The notes under the pieces were generated by a model. It did no database searches and was not told where the DNA came from. It saw only the letters and a program-made list of their open reading frames with translations. This document shows positions 44,995-54,657 of a stretch of 64,000 nucleotides of DNA, in pieces. Each line of letters opens with the position of its first letter. Position 1 is the stretch's first letter. Source of the DNA: Bacilli bacterium (GTDB taxonomy: Bacteria > Bacillota_I > Bacilli_A > RF39 > UBA660); NCBI GenBank assembly GCA_045125935.1, contig JBGVNW010000068.1, positions 133,746-197,745 on the forward strand, read 5' to 3'. A program made the position numbers and the translations under genes.

Positions 44995-46203
44995 TTGAAA
45001 CTTGTTGAGCAACATATAATTAAAAAGAACAATATTTACTATAAAGAATTGGATAAATTATGTTTTTTATCCAAAAATCTTTATAATATTGCATTATATG
45101 AGATTAGACAACAATATTTTAAAGATAAAACATTTTTAAATTATTATTCTGTAAATAGATTGTTACATGATAGGCATGATGAAAATTATTTTGCTTTACC
45201 ATCAAACACTTCACAAGAAACACTTAAATTAGTAAGTAACAATTATAAATCATTTTTCAAATCATTATCTTCTAAAAAAGTTGATAAAGTAAAAATACCT
45301 GGTTATTTAGATAAAGAATCTGGAAGACAAGTTGTTGTTTATAATAAAATGACATTAAGTAAAAATTATTTAGATAAAGGTATTATTAAACTTCCTAAAT
45401 CGAACATAGAGTTTAAATCCAATAAATGTAATAAAATTTGTCAGGTTAGAATTATTCCAAGTAACAACCATATTGTTTTAGAAGTTATCTATGAAGAAAA
45501 TGAAGCGATATTAAAAAATGATAATGGTAAATATTTATCTATTGATTTAGGTATCAATAATTTAGCAACATGTACATCTAATGCTATAAATAGTTTTATT
45601 ATTAATGGTAGACCTGTAAAATCTATAAATCAATACTACAATAAAACCAAAGCATATTTACAATCTAAACTAAAAAATAAATACACAAGTAATAAAATTT
45701 ATAAATTAACTTTTAAAAGAAATAATAAAATAAAAGATTATTTTCATAAAACTTCTTCCTATATAGTGAATCAAGCAGTTTCTAATGACCTAAATACCAT
45801 TGTCATTGGTAAAAATGTAGGCTGGAAACAAGACATTAATATAGGAAAGAAAAATAATCAAACATTTACTCAAATACCATTTGACCTATTAATTAAGTTA
45901 ATATCATACAAAGCGAAGTTAAAAGGAATAAATGTAATACTACAAGAAGAAAGTTATACCAGCAAGGTATCATTTTTTGATAACGATTATATTCCTACTT
46001 ATGGTGTAGATGATGATAAACTTAATACTTCGGGGAAAAGAATTAAACGAGGACTATACAAAACAAAAACATCAGCATTGATAAATGCTGATGTTAATGG
46101 TAGTCTTAATATTCTAAGAAAATATCTAAAAGTATCTTCCGATCAAATAATTAATGTAGGAAGTAGAGGGTTTGTGACTAACCCATTGGTAGTTAATATC
46201 TAA
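44995..46203 (+). CDS. degenerate TnpB-like protein (zinc-finger cysteines lost, RuvC-II Glu replaced)
   Basis: RuvC-I LSIDLGINNLAT and RuvC-III INADVNGSLNI are retained. The RuvC-II position reads VIGKNVGWKQ (no E). The ESYTSK...ALINADVN segment keeps the zinc-ribbon spacing but has no Cys. Confidence 0.65.
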   Translation: MKLVEQHIIKKNNIYYKELDKLCFLSKNLYNIALYEIRQQYFKDKTFLNYYSVNRLLHDRHDENYFALPSNTSQETLKLVSNNYKSFFKSLSSKKVDKVKIPGYLDKESGRQVVVYNKMTLSKNYLDKGIIKLPKSNIEFKSNKCNKICQVRIIPSNNHIVLEVIYEENEAILKNDNGKYLSIDLGINNLATCTSNAINSFIINGRPVKSINQYYNKTKAYLQSKLKNKYTSNKIYKLTFKRNNKIKDYFHKTSSYIVNQAVSNDLNTIVIGKNVGWKQDINIGKKNNQTFTQIPFDLLIKLISYKAKLKGINVILQEESYTSKVSFFDNDYIPTYGVDDDKLNTSGKRIKRGLYKTKTSALINADVNGSLNILRKYLKVSSDQIINVGSRGFVTNPLVVNI

Positions 46204-46268
46204 CTCACCAAAAATAAATAATATTAAAATATTTTAATGAATTTTAATAATATTAATATTATTTGATG

Positions 46269-47153
46269 TCATAATGACATTATCATATCTACCAAATTAG
46301 GCTGAGGACTGCAATCAAACTTATCTTTTCTGATATTAGTATGTGTAAGTAGTCCTTTAACTTTTCCTTTATATGCATCAACATGATAATCAAACGCCTT
46401 GATAGCACCTTCTTCTTTTATCCATTTATACAATCCTTCGTGTAAATCTATATTGTCTCGTTCTGCAATATACAATAACAAATCTCGCACTGCTCTTATT
46501 TGTTCATCAGAATACTTGTGCCAAGATAAATAACCTCTAAATTTAGAACTTAATGAAACAGTTTGATCCAAACTCACTTTTGCACCTGTATATGTCTTAC
46601 CTTTATCTACATATCCAAAATTACAAATCTCAATACCAACAGAATGTGTATTCATATATGAAGAACCAGATGAACCTATATGGTATCCTTGACAGCCTTC
46701 TGGGAATGCTCGCACAATTTGTCCGTCATACTTTGTATTACCTGTTGTGCAATTCTGTCCACCAACGACAAATTCGGTAGCGACTTTGCCGAGAGAATCT
46801 TTCGCCCACCAATCAACAACTGCTCTTGGATTTGGAGCACCAGCGGTATGATGTAGAATGATATAATCATTTTTATAATTGCCTTTAAGATATTCTCCTT
46901 TTGGCAAATGATATTCATCTATATCAAGAACTAAAGGGTTTGGTTGGATTATTGTTAAATCTGTATCAAAATTAATATTTAAAGCGTTTAATGTATTTTT
47001 ACCAACAATGCCATCAGGATATAAACCATGCTTTTTTTGAAATTCTTTGACTGCATTTTCTGTTTGAGCACCAAATATACCATCTGCTTCTATACCCAAT
47101 GCATGTTGAATTTGTTTAACCTCGTTACCACGAGAACCTTTTTTCAATATCAT
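46269..47153 (-). CDS. endolysin: peptidoglycan-binding domain + N-acetylmuramoyl-L-alanine amidase (Amidase_2/PGRP)
   Basis: The N-terminal GSRGNEVKQIQHALGIEADGIFGAQTENAVKEFQKKHGLYPDGIVGKNT is a PG_binding_1 signature. IILHHTAGAPN and HSVGIEICNFG are Amidase_2 signatures. Confidence 0.85.
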   Translation of the reverse strand: MILKKGSRGNEVKQIQHALGIEADGIFGAQTENAVKEFQKKHGLYPDGIVGKNTLNALNINFDTDLTIIQPNPLVLDIDEYHLPKGEYLKGNYKNDYIILHHTAGAPNPRAVVDWWAKDSLGKVATEFVVGGQNCTTGNTKYDGQIVRAFPEGCQGYHIGSSGSSYMNTHSVGIEICNFGYVDKGKTYTGAKVSLDQTVSLSSKFRGYLSWHKYSDEQIRAVRDLLLYIAERDNIDLHEGLYKWIKEEGAIKAFDYHVDAYKGKVKGLLTHTNIRKDKFDCSPQPNLVDMIMSL

Positions 47154-47197
47154 TGTAATATAAATGTTTTATATAGATATATTTATGTTTTGTAATA

Positions 47198-47210
47198 TTT
47201 TACATAAATA
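47198..47210 (+). promoter_or_regulatory. TTTACATAAATAA motif upstream of 47259 gene
   Basis: Same motif family as 4076-4088, 26885-26897 and 43430-43442. Confidence 0.3.
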
Positions 47211-47258
47211 ATATATACCAATAAATGGTAAGTTTAATTAAAAATAAATGAATATTTT

Positions 47259-50200
47259 ATGGCGAACGCAAGAATTAGTAATTCATTAAGTTATTTTTTA
47301 GAGCAAGCACTTATATTAGAAAAAAATAGTCTTGAGACTGTTTCAAAAGTGAGCGATGCGGTTACTTCACAAAAAGATACTGTTACTATAAGTTTAACAG
47401 ATCCTAATAATCCATCAGAGACGATAACATATTCTATTCCTTCATTTGGATATTTAAAATCTGAAATCGAAAGATTGGACAGATCTATCAAATCAATGTC
47501 TAATATAGATTCAAATACAGGTAGTAGAATTAGGTTGTCTGATGGAACATATAGAAAAATTATTGCGAGCAAGATTGCTTCGGAAGCACCAACAATTACA
47601 CACACAAACAATGTAACAAATTTCAATTTCAAATCAAATTGGTTATTTGAAGACATGATGGATCCATATTTATATGCAAATGTGGATTTAACTGGTTGTG
47701 TCCCTAATGAAACAGAAAGAGTGATAGTTCAAAGATATATTCTTAATTGTGTAAATACAAAACAATTAAATTATTTTGATAATATTAAAACTAATTCTAC
47801 AAATATTGATTACAAAAGTTTTTTAAAAGGATTATTGAATAATAGTATCACATATATTCTTGATGAAAATTATTATGATCTACCACCTATTAGAAGAAGA
47901 TATAGTGGGGAATTTGAAATAAGCAGAATTCTTGATAACACATTATCTTCTGATGGTAAAAATATCCTTGGTAGAATAGTGTTGAAAAGTCTTCTTTATA
48001 CAGATAACAATAGTGGTATTGAAAATACAGTTACACTTCAAAAGAATAATATTCTTGAAATTAAAGAAACACCTGTAACTACAAGATATATAGTTACAAA
48101 TGTTGATGCTGCCACAAATGAAGTTAAACTAAAGAGATTAGAAGGATATACACCTATTACAAATACAACCATATTTAAAATTAGTTCTAATCAAGTAAAG
48201 AAAATAAACATAGAAATACCTGTTAGTTTTGATAGACGAGAAGTAATTTTCGTCAAAGCAATCGACCCAGATTCTAACATACCTTCAAACAAATGGTCTC
48301 CTGGTATTGCATTTTATACCAATGATCTAAAATACACAAGTCCACAAGGTGTTACAAGCAGATTAGATACATTTTATCAAAAAAATGTTGTAGATTTTGG
48401 TAATATAATACTTTCATACTCAAAAGATTATTATCCAAGTATTATTGAAGGTATTAAACCAGACGCTCCTGTTTTACATTATGATGCGGAGAATGATAGT
48501 GCAAGTGATTTTAAAATTGTTCAAATTAACAAGCAATTATCAGAAGGAACCGAAACAAACACATTTAAAAAACTTATTGCAGATAAAGAAAATGCTTTGA
48601 GTCAAATAAATAATAATAATAAACTGATTGAGGAACAAAAAGAACTTATTCAAACAACCAAGTTTACAACAACAACTGAAAAAATAAATGCACAAAATAA
48701 ACTTGCTGAATATGTTAAGAACCAAGGGACATATACTTCATTATATAATAGTATTGTAAATCAAATTAAGTCTCAATATGCAGCAACTTATAGTGAGAAA
48801 CCTAAATATAGAGTTAGAGGATTTTGGAGTATACCTTCTCCAAAAATAAGTCAATCATCAGGTCCTCAACAAATCATTCAATTCAAAATAAGATATAGAT
48901 ATTTGAGTGAAAGTGGTGTTGCTAATAAAGAAGAAGAATTTACTTATCTTGATGGAACAACTAATGCAACAGGTAGATTCTCTAATTGGAATGAAATACT
49001 TACTCCATTACGTCGTAGAATAAAGGGAAAAGATGGAATATATAGTTGGGAAAAGATGAACACTGCCGATCCTGAACAAATCAATATCAATCAACTTGAC
49101 CTACCTATCCAAAATGGAGAGCAAATTGAAATTCAGATTAAATCTATAAGTGAAGCAGGATTTCCATCAAACCCAATGGAATCAGATTGGAGTGAACCTA
49201 TAATTATCGCTTTTAGAGATTTCCCTGAACTACAAGGAGATGATATATCTGAAATCATTGCACAAAATAGAGTGGATGCTTCTGTTGCTAATATTATGGA
49301 TAGTTTTACTGGAAATACAAATGCACACATGTCGTCAAGTTTTTATACCAATGACAAATATTTTGCACATAATGCAGAAAGCATTACTTCTGGATTCTTA
49401 AGTCCAGAACAAACTCCTATTACCCTATATGATAAACTCTACGATTTACAAAATCAAATTAGTGCTATTAATGAGCAGATTGAAAAATCTACAGCTTCTG
49501 TAGATGTAAAACTTATTGACGGAGAGGACAATAGTAAGATATATACTTTAACAGAAGGCGGAACTACTTATATAAATGCGGGTAATTATTTAGAAGATAA
49601 AAATAAAATAGATACAAACGAAAAGAATGGTGTTATTATAACAAAAACATATTATATAAGCATATCATCAGATTTACAAAGCGGATTAGAAATTTTAAGC
49701 AAAATACCTGGTGATAGATTATCAATGTGTCCAAATAGCATATCGGAAGTTAATAATCTTATTTCAAAAGAAAAAAGCGACATTATAAAAAGAAATGATT
49801 ATAAGAATTACGATAACATTCTTACTCCCAATTCTATAACAAGTGATTACTATAGGACAAAAGGTAGATATGACCTTGTGCCTATCAATTTAACCGCTTC
49901 TGATGTCATTGATTATCAAATATGTTCGCCTAATATGTACCAATCTGCACAATGTAAGGGTCAGTTTATATATTCGAGATTCAGAAATGTATCAGATACA
50001 TTTGATATGTATGCTAATACAGACACAAATGGATTATCAAATTTTGATATAAATGCAGAATTTTTAAATGGCGAGAATATATACAAATTTAAACAAAATA
50101 AACAAGACAATAATTTCTGGATAGAGAGATTTAATTTTTATAGACCAAATGCAGATAAAAGTGGTAAATATGGATATACAGGAACAGATATTACAGAAAT

Positions 50201-51464
50201 ATCATCCAAAGAAATAAAAGAACACTTATTTAAGTATATTGTAGAGTTATATGATAATTTAACTGGTTCCGCACTATCATCCATTTTGTATTATACTGAA
50301 GAAGATGAAATAATTTACATGTGGAAATATATCGAATCTATAAAAGATAATGGTGAAACTTATCAATCATATGCAGCAAGAAATATTATAACAAATAAAA
50401 TTCCAGAAAATCCAATAGATGAAAGTGTTGAAATTAAGGGATTGTATTATACAGATTCTAATGGCGATTTTAATATATATGCAGATGGTCGAAAAAAGAA
50501 TTATACCAAGATAATAAACTACGATTACACTACTAAAACCCTCAAATGGAAATGGGTGGATACACATACAAATACTGGAAACACAAAAGAAGGAACTGAT
50601 ATTTTTAAGTTAGATGATAATTTCCGATATATAGTAGAAAAAATAGATGCAAACGGTCAAAAAATGAGTATACAACATGACGGTGCAATAAAAATATCAA
50701 ACTCGTTTGATGTCATTAAACAAATTGAAGTTGTTCTTAATAGACTACCAAAAACATTTAATAAATCAAAAACTGCTTTGAAAACTTTATATAGTGATTC
50801 AAAAGTGCTTATGCGATTAAACAATTTAACAAACGCAGAAATAACAAAAGGAAATACATTGATTAAAAATAATGTTTTAAAACAAAGTTTAGTAAAAGCA
50901 AACAAAATAGCCGCAAGATCTTCATTTGATGTAAAAACTGTAAAGACAGCAACCTTAAATCAAATAGAACCAAAAATACAAACAGCATATGGTTTTTCAG
51001 ATCTTGGTAAAATAAAAAACCTTAATGTTGATGGATATCTTTCTATGGATGATGGTAGTTATGTAACTACTCACAAAATTGGATATGATGAAATTGATAG
51101 ATATAGAACTGGTTCAATATCTTGTGATTCATATTTATTTTTAAGTCCAACAAACCACAGTGAAATACAGGTCAATGGTGATACAAATAAATCAAATATA
51201 TTTATAAAATCAAATGAACAGTTAATGGTTCCTATAACATATCAATATAGAATGGAAGACTATAATGGTAACATATTTGGTAATTCTGGATATAAATCAA
51301 CAGATCCAATTGTTAAAAATACAAAATTTGCAAATATTATTGGTATAGATATCTGGATGAACACTTTAAGTGATACACCTAAACAATATGATATAGTTGT
51401 ATATAGCACTTATAACAAGGATAACTCAAGAACAACTGGAACAATTACTAAAAAACTTCAATAA
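47259..51464 (+). CDS. very large (1401 aa) hypothetical structural protein
   Basis: Uninterrupted long ORF, beta-rich, no recognisable enzymatic motifs; followed by a terminator. Confidence 0.55.
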   Translation: MANARISNSLSYFLEQALILEKNSLETVSKVSDAVTSQKDTVTISLTDPNNPSETITYSIPSFGYLKSEIERLDRSIKSMSNIDSNTGSRIRLSDGTYRKIIASKIASEAPTITHTNNVTNFNFKSNWLFEDMMDPYLYANVDLTGCVPNETERVIVQRYILNCVNTKQLNYFDNIKTNSTNIDYKSFLKGLLNNSITYILDENYYDLPPIRRRYSGEFEISRILDNTLSSDGKNILGRIVLKSLLYTDNNSGIENTVTLQKNNILEIKETPVTTRYIVTNVDAATNEVKLKRLEGYTPITNTTIFKISSNQVKKINIEIPVSFDRREVIFVKAIDPDSNIPSNKWSPGIAFYTNDLKYTSPQGVTSRLDTFYQKNVVDFGNIILSYSKDYYPSIIEGIKPDAPVLHYDAENDSASDFKIVQINKQLSEGTETNTFKKLIADKENALSQINNNNKLIEEQKELIQTTKFTTTTEKINAQNKLAEYVKNQGTYTSLYNSIVNQIKSQYAATYSEKPKYRVRGFWSIPSPKISQSSGPQQIIQFKIRYRYLSESGVANKEEEFTYLDGTTNATGRFSNWNEILTPLRRRIKGKDGIYSWEKMNTADPEQININQLDLPIQNGEQIEIQIKSISEAGFPSNPMESDWSEPIIIAFRDFPELQGDDISEIIAQNRVDASVANIMDSFTGNTNAHMSSSFYTNDKYFAHNAESITSGFLSPEQTPITLYDKLYDLQNQISAINEQIEKSTASVDVKLIDGEDNSKIYTLTEGGTTYINAGNYLEDKNKIDTNEKNGVIITKTYYISISSDLQSGLEILSKIPGDRLSMCPNSISEVNNLISKEKSDIIKRNDYKNYDNILTPNSITSDYYRTKGRYDLVPINLTASDVIDYQICSPNMYQSAQCKGQFIYSRFRNVSDTFDMYANTDTNGLSNFDINAEFLNGENIYKFKQNKQDNNFWIERFNFYRPNADKSGKYGYTGTDITEISSKEIKEHLFKYIVELYDNLTGSALSSILYYTEEDEIIYMWKYIESIKDNGETYQSYAARNIITNKIPENPIDESVEIKGLYYTDSNGDFNIYADGRKKNYTKIINYDYTTKTLKWKWVDTHTNTGNTKEGTDIFKLDDNFRYIVEKIDANGQKMSIQHDGAIKISNSFDVIKQIEVVLNRLPKTFNKSKTALKTLYSDSKVLMRLNNLTNAEITKGNTLIKNNVLKQSLVKANKIAARSSFDVKTVKTATLNQIEPKIQTAYGFSDLGKIKNLNVDGYLSMDDGSYVTTHKIGYDEIDRYRTGSISCDSYLFLSPTNHSEIQVNGDTNKSNIFIKSNEQLMVPITYQYRMEDYNGNIFGNSGYKSTDPIVKNTKFANIIGIDIWMNTLSDTPKQYDIVVYSTYNKDNSRTTGTITKKLQ

Positions 51465-51495
51465 AAAAGAGAGAACTTATGTTCTCTCTTTTTAT
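51464..51495. terminator. bidirectional terminator (agagagaac/gttctctct family)
   Basis: aaaaaagagagaac-tta-tgttctctctttttatt; close relative of the 14324-14359 terminator. Confidence 0.7.
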
Positions 51496-52124
51496 TATAT
51501 ACTCTTCAATATACCATAAGCATCAACCAAATCATCAATAGGTTTAGGTTGTTTAAAATCAACACCATTTGATTTACAATATTTCCAAAATTCACTTTTT
51601 GTCAATTCATCATCCTTTAACCTATTATCTATGAATGCTTGTATCATATCTTCTTTTTTTGCATTTCCTTTACCAAACAACATTTTTTTACCTTCTGTTG
51701 GTGAAATAATATTTAAACAATCCGAACCAAAATTTTCTATCAATTTCATTCTTAAAAAAGAATTATACATTGCAAGATCTAATGTTGATGATGAAATGCT
51801 ACCATATGAAAATCCTTCAAGACCTATAATAACATCATCATCTATGATTGCTTTCAACTTATCAATTATAAGATTTGAAATCATTAAAGCATCTGCCATT
51901 TTTGTTTTCTGCTCATATCTATAATTGCTGTCATCAATCTTTCTTGTATATGGAATAATATCTATAATTTCACATAAATCATTATGATATCTATAACTTT
52001 TTGACTTTGAATGTTTCCAGTCTTTACCACCATCGCTGAAAAAACTTATGAAATTATACTCTCCATTTTTATATACACATATCGCTGGACTCGTAAGCGA
52101 AAAATCTATTCCAATTTTTATCAT
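51495..52124 (-). CDS. RuvC-family Holliday junction resolvase-like nuclease
   Basis: MIKIGIDFSLTSPAICV (GIDxG-like), VIIGLEGFSYG (catalytic E), and C-terminal IDDLVDAYGIL (DAxDA-like) are in RuvC order. Confidence 0.55.
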   Translation of the reverse strand: MIKIGIDFSLTSPAICVYKNGEYNFISFFSDGGKDWKHSKSKSYRYHNDLCEIIDIIPYTRKIDDSNYRYEQKTKMADALMISNLIIDKLKAIIDDDVIIGLEGFSYGSISSSTLDLAMYNSFLRMKLIENFGSDCLNIISPTEGKKMLFGKGNAKKEDMIQAFIDNRLKDDELTKSEFWKYCKSNGVDFKQPKPIDDLVDAYGILKSI

Positions 52125-52696
52125 TGCTTCAAACTCTTTTTAATAAATTGTGATTGTGCATCCATTATAGTCCCATTAAGAAAATAATTCTCATCACAAA
52201 ACTTACCAATTACTCTATAAACTTTTGAAAAAGGTAATGAATAAATAGCAGTTACATTTTCTACTTTATATCTCTTAATAGCATTCTTTATAAAGAATGA
52301 CTCTGCAGATTTACATATAATTTTATAATTAAAATTTTTTATAACAGTCTGTTTATCTGCGTGTTCAACACCAGGATAGCGATTGATATTATCCCATATC
52401 TGATCTTTATACCATTTGAAATATGTTTCAATAAACTTCAATCTAACCTTTAATGGCATAACACACAAATCAATACACAGATAAGAATTAGGATCTTTTT
52501 CAGATAGTCCCAAACTTATAATCACAGGTCTGCCGTTATATATCTTATCTGATTTTGGTTGATAGTTCAATATATAAAAACGACCTGGATAAAGAATAAC
52601 CGTATCACATTTTTTAGCATCTGTCTTTATATCAAATTTATCACCACTTTTCACAAAATAATCAAACCATTGTAAAATATCGTAATTTTCTGCCAT
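52121..52696 (-). CDS. hypothetical protein
   Basis: ORF of 191 aa overlapping the downstream gene by 4 nt. Confidence 0.45.
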   Translation of the reverse strand: MAENYDILQWFDYFVKSGDKFDIKTDAKKCDTVILYPGRFYILNYQPKSDKIYNGRPVIISLGLSEKDPNSYLCIDLCVMPLKVRLKFIETYFKWYKDQIWDNINRYPGVEHADKQTVIKNFNYKIICKSAESFFIKNAIKRYKVENVTAIYSLPFSKVYRVIGKFCDENYFLNGTIMDAQSQFIKKSLKQ

Positions 52697-52734
52697 TTGT
52701 TTGTTATCTTTTATTTACGAATTATATTATATTT

Positions 52735-54570
52735 ATGGCACAAAAAACACTAAAAGATATAGTTAAAGAAGATAATAAATTGAGAAAATTTAATCTCATT
52801 AAACATAATAAGTATGATAAAAATACATGGGAGTTCTATATCACAGACGAAAGATCTCCATATAGTGGTTGTGTAGAATATCTATCCGAACATCGCTATC
52901 AGATGACTACAATGAGACACAATAATCATTTCTTCTTAATATATAAAATATATATGGAAGATGGAAAAGAACCAGAATATTTAGTTGATATCAGAAAAGC
53001 AAATCATAGAAACTCTGTTGAAAAGTTCGTAAATTCAATAGCAGAGTATAGTGTATATTCAAATGATATATCTATTGTAAAAAATGCACCATCATTCAAA
53101 ATATCACAGCGAGAAATGAAATATCTGAAAATAGATAACTTTCTTGATCTGTGTCATAAATTTGGTAATTTTTCTGCTATTGGAACTGGATTAACAAGAG
53201 ATATTCGCAATCTTATTGTGCTTGATATTGATGTTGATTGTGATACGGATAGCAATAAAGCAGAAGTTAATAGAATATTATTAGAGTTTGCAAAATGCAA
53301 TGCGTTACCTGATTTTATTATAAAAAATCATGCGTCACATCATATACAGATGCAATGGCTTGTAAAAGATGTTCAATATAAAAAAATGAATAACAATGTC
53401 ATTAAAAAACTTATTAAGACATTAAATGAAGATGAAAATAAACGAAAAGAAATTAATATTTTCGGAACAAATTTTACAGAACTAACACAATGGGGTATTG
53501 ATTATCGAAAATTTTCTAACGCACTTACATTCATAAGTAAGAAATATAAATTCGGAGATAAAAATTATAAATATTGGAAAGCAAAAAACTACGAATCGGC
53601 AAGACTTGGTTTATACGACCTTGAACTGATGATGCCATATTACAGGGATGGTGAAATAAAATATCTATCCAAAGAAGAGATGGATTCACTGTTGGAAACA
53701 AAAGAAGCAAGACAGGAATATTATAACGAGGCACCTACCATTATAGAACTCTATCAAAAAACAAAACATCTTATAAGTGAGCACATCAAAAAGATTGATG
53801 ACAAAAAAATTAAAAGAATTAAGGATGAAGATGTTGAGATGGAAGAAAACGTCATCAAGAGAAATAAGATGGTGGTATCTAAAGAAGATATTGAAAATGG
53901 AGATTTTGGCAAATCAAGAAATACATTTGTTCTGAATTGTACTCGAACAATGACATGGCGGATAGCAAGAAAATATAAATTTAGGAATTCTAATGATATT
54001 ATATCATTAAATGAAAAAGAACATAATAAATTCAAAAATGAAATTTTATCGGCAGTAAAAGAACTGTTTGGTAAAATGGATGAAAAATATAATGGTATAT
54101 GGCCAGAAACAACAAATCACGGCAAATATACAAAAGAAGAATTTGAAAATACATTTAATAATTCATTTACATATGCTATAAGCATGATTAATGACTTTTA
54201 TTATACAGATGAACAAAGAGAGCAGAGTATTGAAAGTCGCAGATTATCAAAAAATGTAAATATTTGTGTGTTATATCGAGTGATGAGTAAAAATAATAAA
54301 CTGAAAAGAAAAGAATTATGGGATAAAACAAATCAGGCATTAAGCAACGGAAACCATAAGAAAATATCATTTGGTAGTTTTAAGAGATATTTGAGTGAAT
54401 TAAAAAATATGAGCGGTGATGAAATAAAGGAATTGCAAAATGATATAGAATATATCCAATCGGAACGAAATAAAGAATTATTAGATGCATTGGAAAGTTC
54501 GGAAGAGAATAGCAAAAAAGTAAAATTATGTAAAAAAAGATTAAATCAAGTCAATATAAAATTAAAATAG
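52735..54570 (+). CDS. putative primase/replication initiator (AEP-like motifs)
   Basis: NLIVLDIDVDCD (hhhDhD) followed about 35 aa later by HASHHIQMQW (sxH motif II-like), with a long helical C-terminal region. Confidence 0.4.
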   Translation: MAQKTLKDIVKEDNKLRKFNLIKHNKYDKNTWEFYITDERSPYSGCVEYLSEHRYQMTTMRHNNHFFLIYKIYMEDGKEPEYLVDIRKANHRNSVEKFVNSIAEYSVYSNDISIVKNAPSFKISQREMKYLKIDNFLDLCHKFGNFSAIGTGLTRDIRNLIVLDIDVDCDTDSNKAEVNRILLEFAKCNALPDFIIKNHASHHIQMQWLVKDVQYKKMNNNVIKKLIKTLNEDENKRKEINIFGTNFTELTQWGIDYRKFSNALTFISKKYKFGDKNYKYWKAKNYESARLGLYDLELMMPYYRDGEIKYLSKEEMDSLLETKEARQEYYNEAPTIIELYQKTKHLISEHIKKIDDKKIKRIKDEDVEMEENVIKRNKMVVSKEDIENGDFGKSRNTFVLNCTRTMTWRIARKYKFRNSNDIISLNEKEHNKFKNEILSAVKELFGKMDEKYNGIWPETTNHGKYTKEEFENTFNNSFTYAISMINDFYYTDEQREQSIESRRLSKNVNICVLYRVMSKNNKLKRKELWDKTNQALSNGNHKKISFGSFKRYLSELKNMSGDEIKELQNDIEYIQSERNKELLDALESSEENSKKVKLCKKRLNQVNIKLK

Positions 54571-54600
54571 GAGAGCAATCTCCTATTTTTTTTATACCAT
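54569..54600 (+). terminator. rho-independent terminator (taggagagcaa-tctccta family)
   Basis: aataggagagcaatctcctatttttttt. Confidence 0.7.
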
Positions 54601-54657
54601 AAATATCTATATATCAATTTTTTTGTTATATTTATTATATATTAAATTTTAAAATAA

